Origin: a virus
IMG/VR virus record: IMGVR_UViG_3300025917_000011
Coordinates: 1-34,600 of that record
DNA: 34,600 nucleotides
Strand: one strand, 5' to 3'
Part shown: piece after piece, positions 33,978-34,600 of the stretch
How positions within the stretch are numbered: the first letter of the stretch is position 1
Layout: every line of letters begins with the position of its first letter
Position numbers and translations under genes: made by a program
The notes under the pieces: model-generated
What the model was told of the DNA's origin: nothing
Database searches by the model: none
What the model saw: only the letters and a program-made list of their open reading frames with translations

Positions 33978-34294
33978 CGCGCGAATGGTGGGCGGACGGT
34001 CCGCCGGACGATCGCGATGCGATGGCGTTTGACGCCGCGCGAGAAGAAGTGATGAACGACCTTGCGGCAAACGATGCGATCGCGGCCAAGGTTCGTGCCG
34101 AGTTTGAAACCGAAATCAATGAAATCTGTTCGGGCGCGTGGTCCGTCGAGGGCGCTCAAAAGATCGCGGCCGATATGTGTGCGGCGGTGGAACGTGAAAT
34201 CGACCGGCGCGCACGGGGCATCTTGGATGGCTGGGCGCAAGACCACGCGGAGCGGGCGATCGACGCCGATGAATACATGATGGAGGAACGCTGA
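33974..34294 (+). CDS. Hypothetical acidic protein, 106 aa.
   Basis: ORF 33902..34294 trimmed to the ATG at 33974 (ATGA overlap). Confidence 0.55.
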   Translation: MTREWWADGPPDDRDAMAFDAAREEVMNDLAANDAIAAKVRAEFETEINEICSGAWSVEGAQKIAADMCAAVEREIDRRARGILDGWAQDHAERAIDADEYMMEER

Positions 34295-34295
34295 C

Positions 34296-34490
34296 ATGTG
34301 CACTATTCCGGGCGACAAGATGGCTGAAGCCATGCGCGATGAAATGCAGCGCATGGACGTGATGGCCAAGACGCTCAACCAAATTAATGCGGTATTCGGA
34401 CCCGCTTTGCAGCGGGCACGCGAGCAAGCAGACAAAATTCAACGCGCCGCCGAGCTGTGCCGCGAAGTCGACGAGGATGCGCAGCCATGA
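34296..34490 (+). CDS. Hypothetical protein, 64 aa.
   Basis: ORF track; GGAGGA lies 8 nt upstream. Confidence 0.5.
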   Translation: MCTIPGDKMAEAMRDEMQRMDVMAKTLNQINAVFGPALQRAREQADKIQRAAELCREVDEDAQP

Positions 34491-34600
34491 AAGCCAATGG
34501 AACAGCAAGGGTCAAAGTTTGTCGGGCCCTCGCGCCGAGTGCGGCGCCCACCACCAAGACAGTTGATGTACGCATCACTGCGAAACGCGTCTATGTGCCT
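34474..34600. repeat. Terminal direct duplication, right copy of 1-127.
   Basis: Exact 127-bp identity with the window start. Unique genome length is therefore about 34,473 bp. Confidence 0.9.
34487..34600 (+). CDS. Duplicate 5' part of the ORF annotated at 14..232, truncated by the window end.
   Basis: Lies inside the 127-bp terminal duplication and is the same gene as 14..232. Confidence 0.5.
   Translation, partial: MKANGTARVKVCRALAPSAAPTTKTVDVRITAKRVYVP

Noticed and set aside
1-34600. tRNA genes, an integrase/attP module or a CRISPR array anywhere in the window.
   Set aside because: By-eye scanning of the intergenic gaps found no cloverleaf-compatible sequence. No ORF shows tyrosine- or serine-recombinase motifs, and there is no repeat-spacer organisation. 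A tRNAscan/HMM run would be needed to be certain.

Overview
The window is one complete, circularly closed phage genome. Bases 1-127 recur exactly at 34474-34600, so the unique length is about 34,473 bp. GC is about 60% by eye, and genes are tightly packed with many ATGA/GTGA start-stop overlaps. Spanins and a GH24 lysozyme point to a Gram-negative host. The layout has five parts. (1) A rightward early operon runs 33837 -> junction -> 6116. It consists of many small ORFs plus a DUF669-type SSB, a DUF551 protein and a RecB/Cas4-like PD-(D/E)XK exonuclease. (2) A leftward four-gene operon (6825 -> 6032) sits behind an exact sigma-54 -24/-12 consensus and paired palindromes. (3) A non-coding, low-GC island of about 1 kb (6826-7859) carries GATC-bearing iterons, a nested dyad and an AT-rich tract. 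It is followed by a RepL-like winged-helix gene and a DUF5710 gene. (4) A rightward morphogenesis block (8694-30515) holds the HTH/small-terminase candidate, TerL, portal, three hyper-basic micro-ORFs behind a near-consensus sigma-70 promoter, scaffold and major capsid. It continues with adaptor/nozzle-like proteins (one a BNR/Asp-box propeller), the tail fibre, XhlA-like and holin-like genes, internal virion proteins and a 1586-aa ejection-type giant protein with an ART-PolyVal-like domain. (5) A leftward block (33783 -> 30512) holds two HTH proteins, an XRE regulator, i-spanin, o-spanin, a Vsr/DUF559-like nuclease, the endolysin and two small ORFs. I found no DNA or RNA polymerase, integrase, partition genes, tRNA or CRISPR. 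The leads I rate highest are these: the perfect 56-unit GGCTAC/GGCGAC in-frame array (Gly-Tyr/Gly-Asp tail), the sigma-54 promoter with paired palindromes, the plasmid-like iteron/RepL replicon, the ART domain in the injected giant protein, and repeat-bounded gene cassettes in the early operon. All functional calls rest on motif recognition by eye, and no database search was run.
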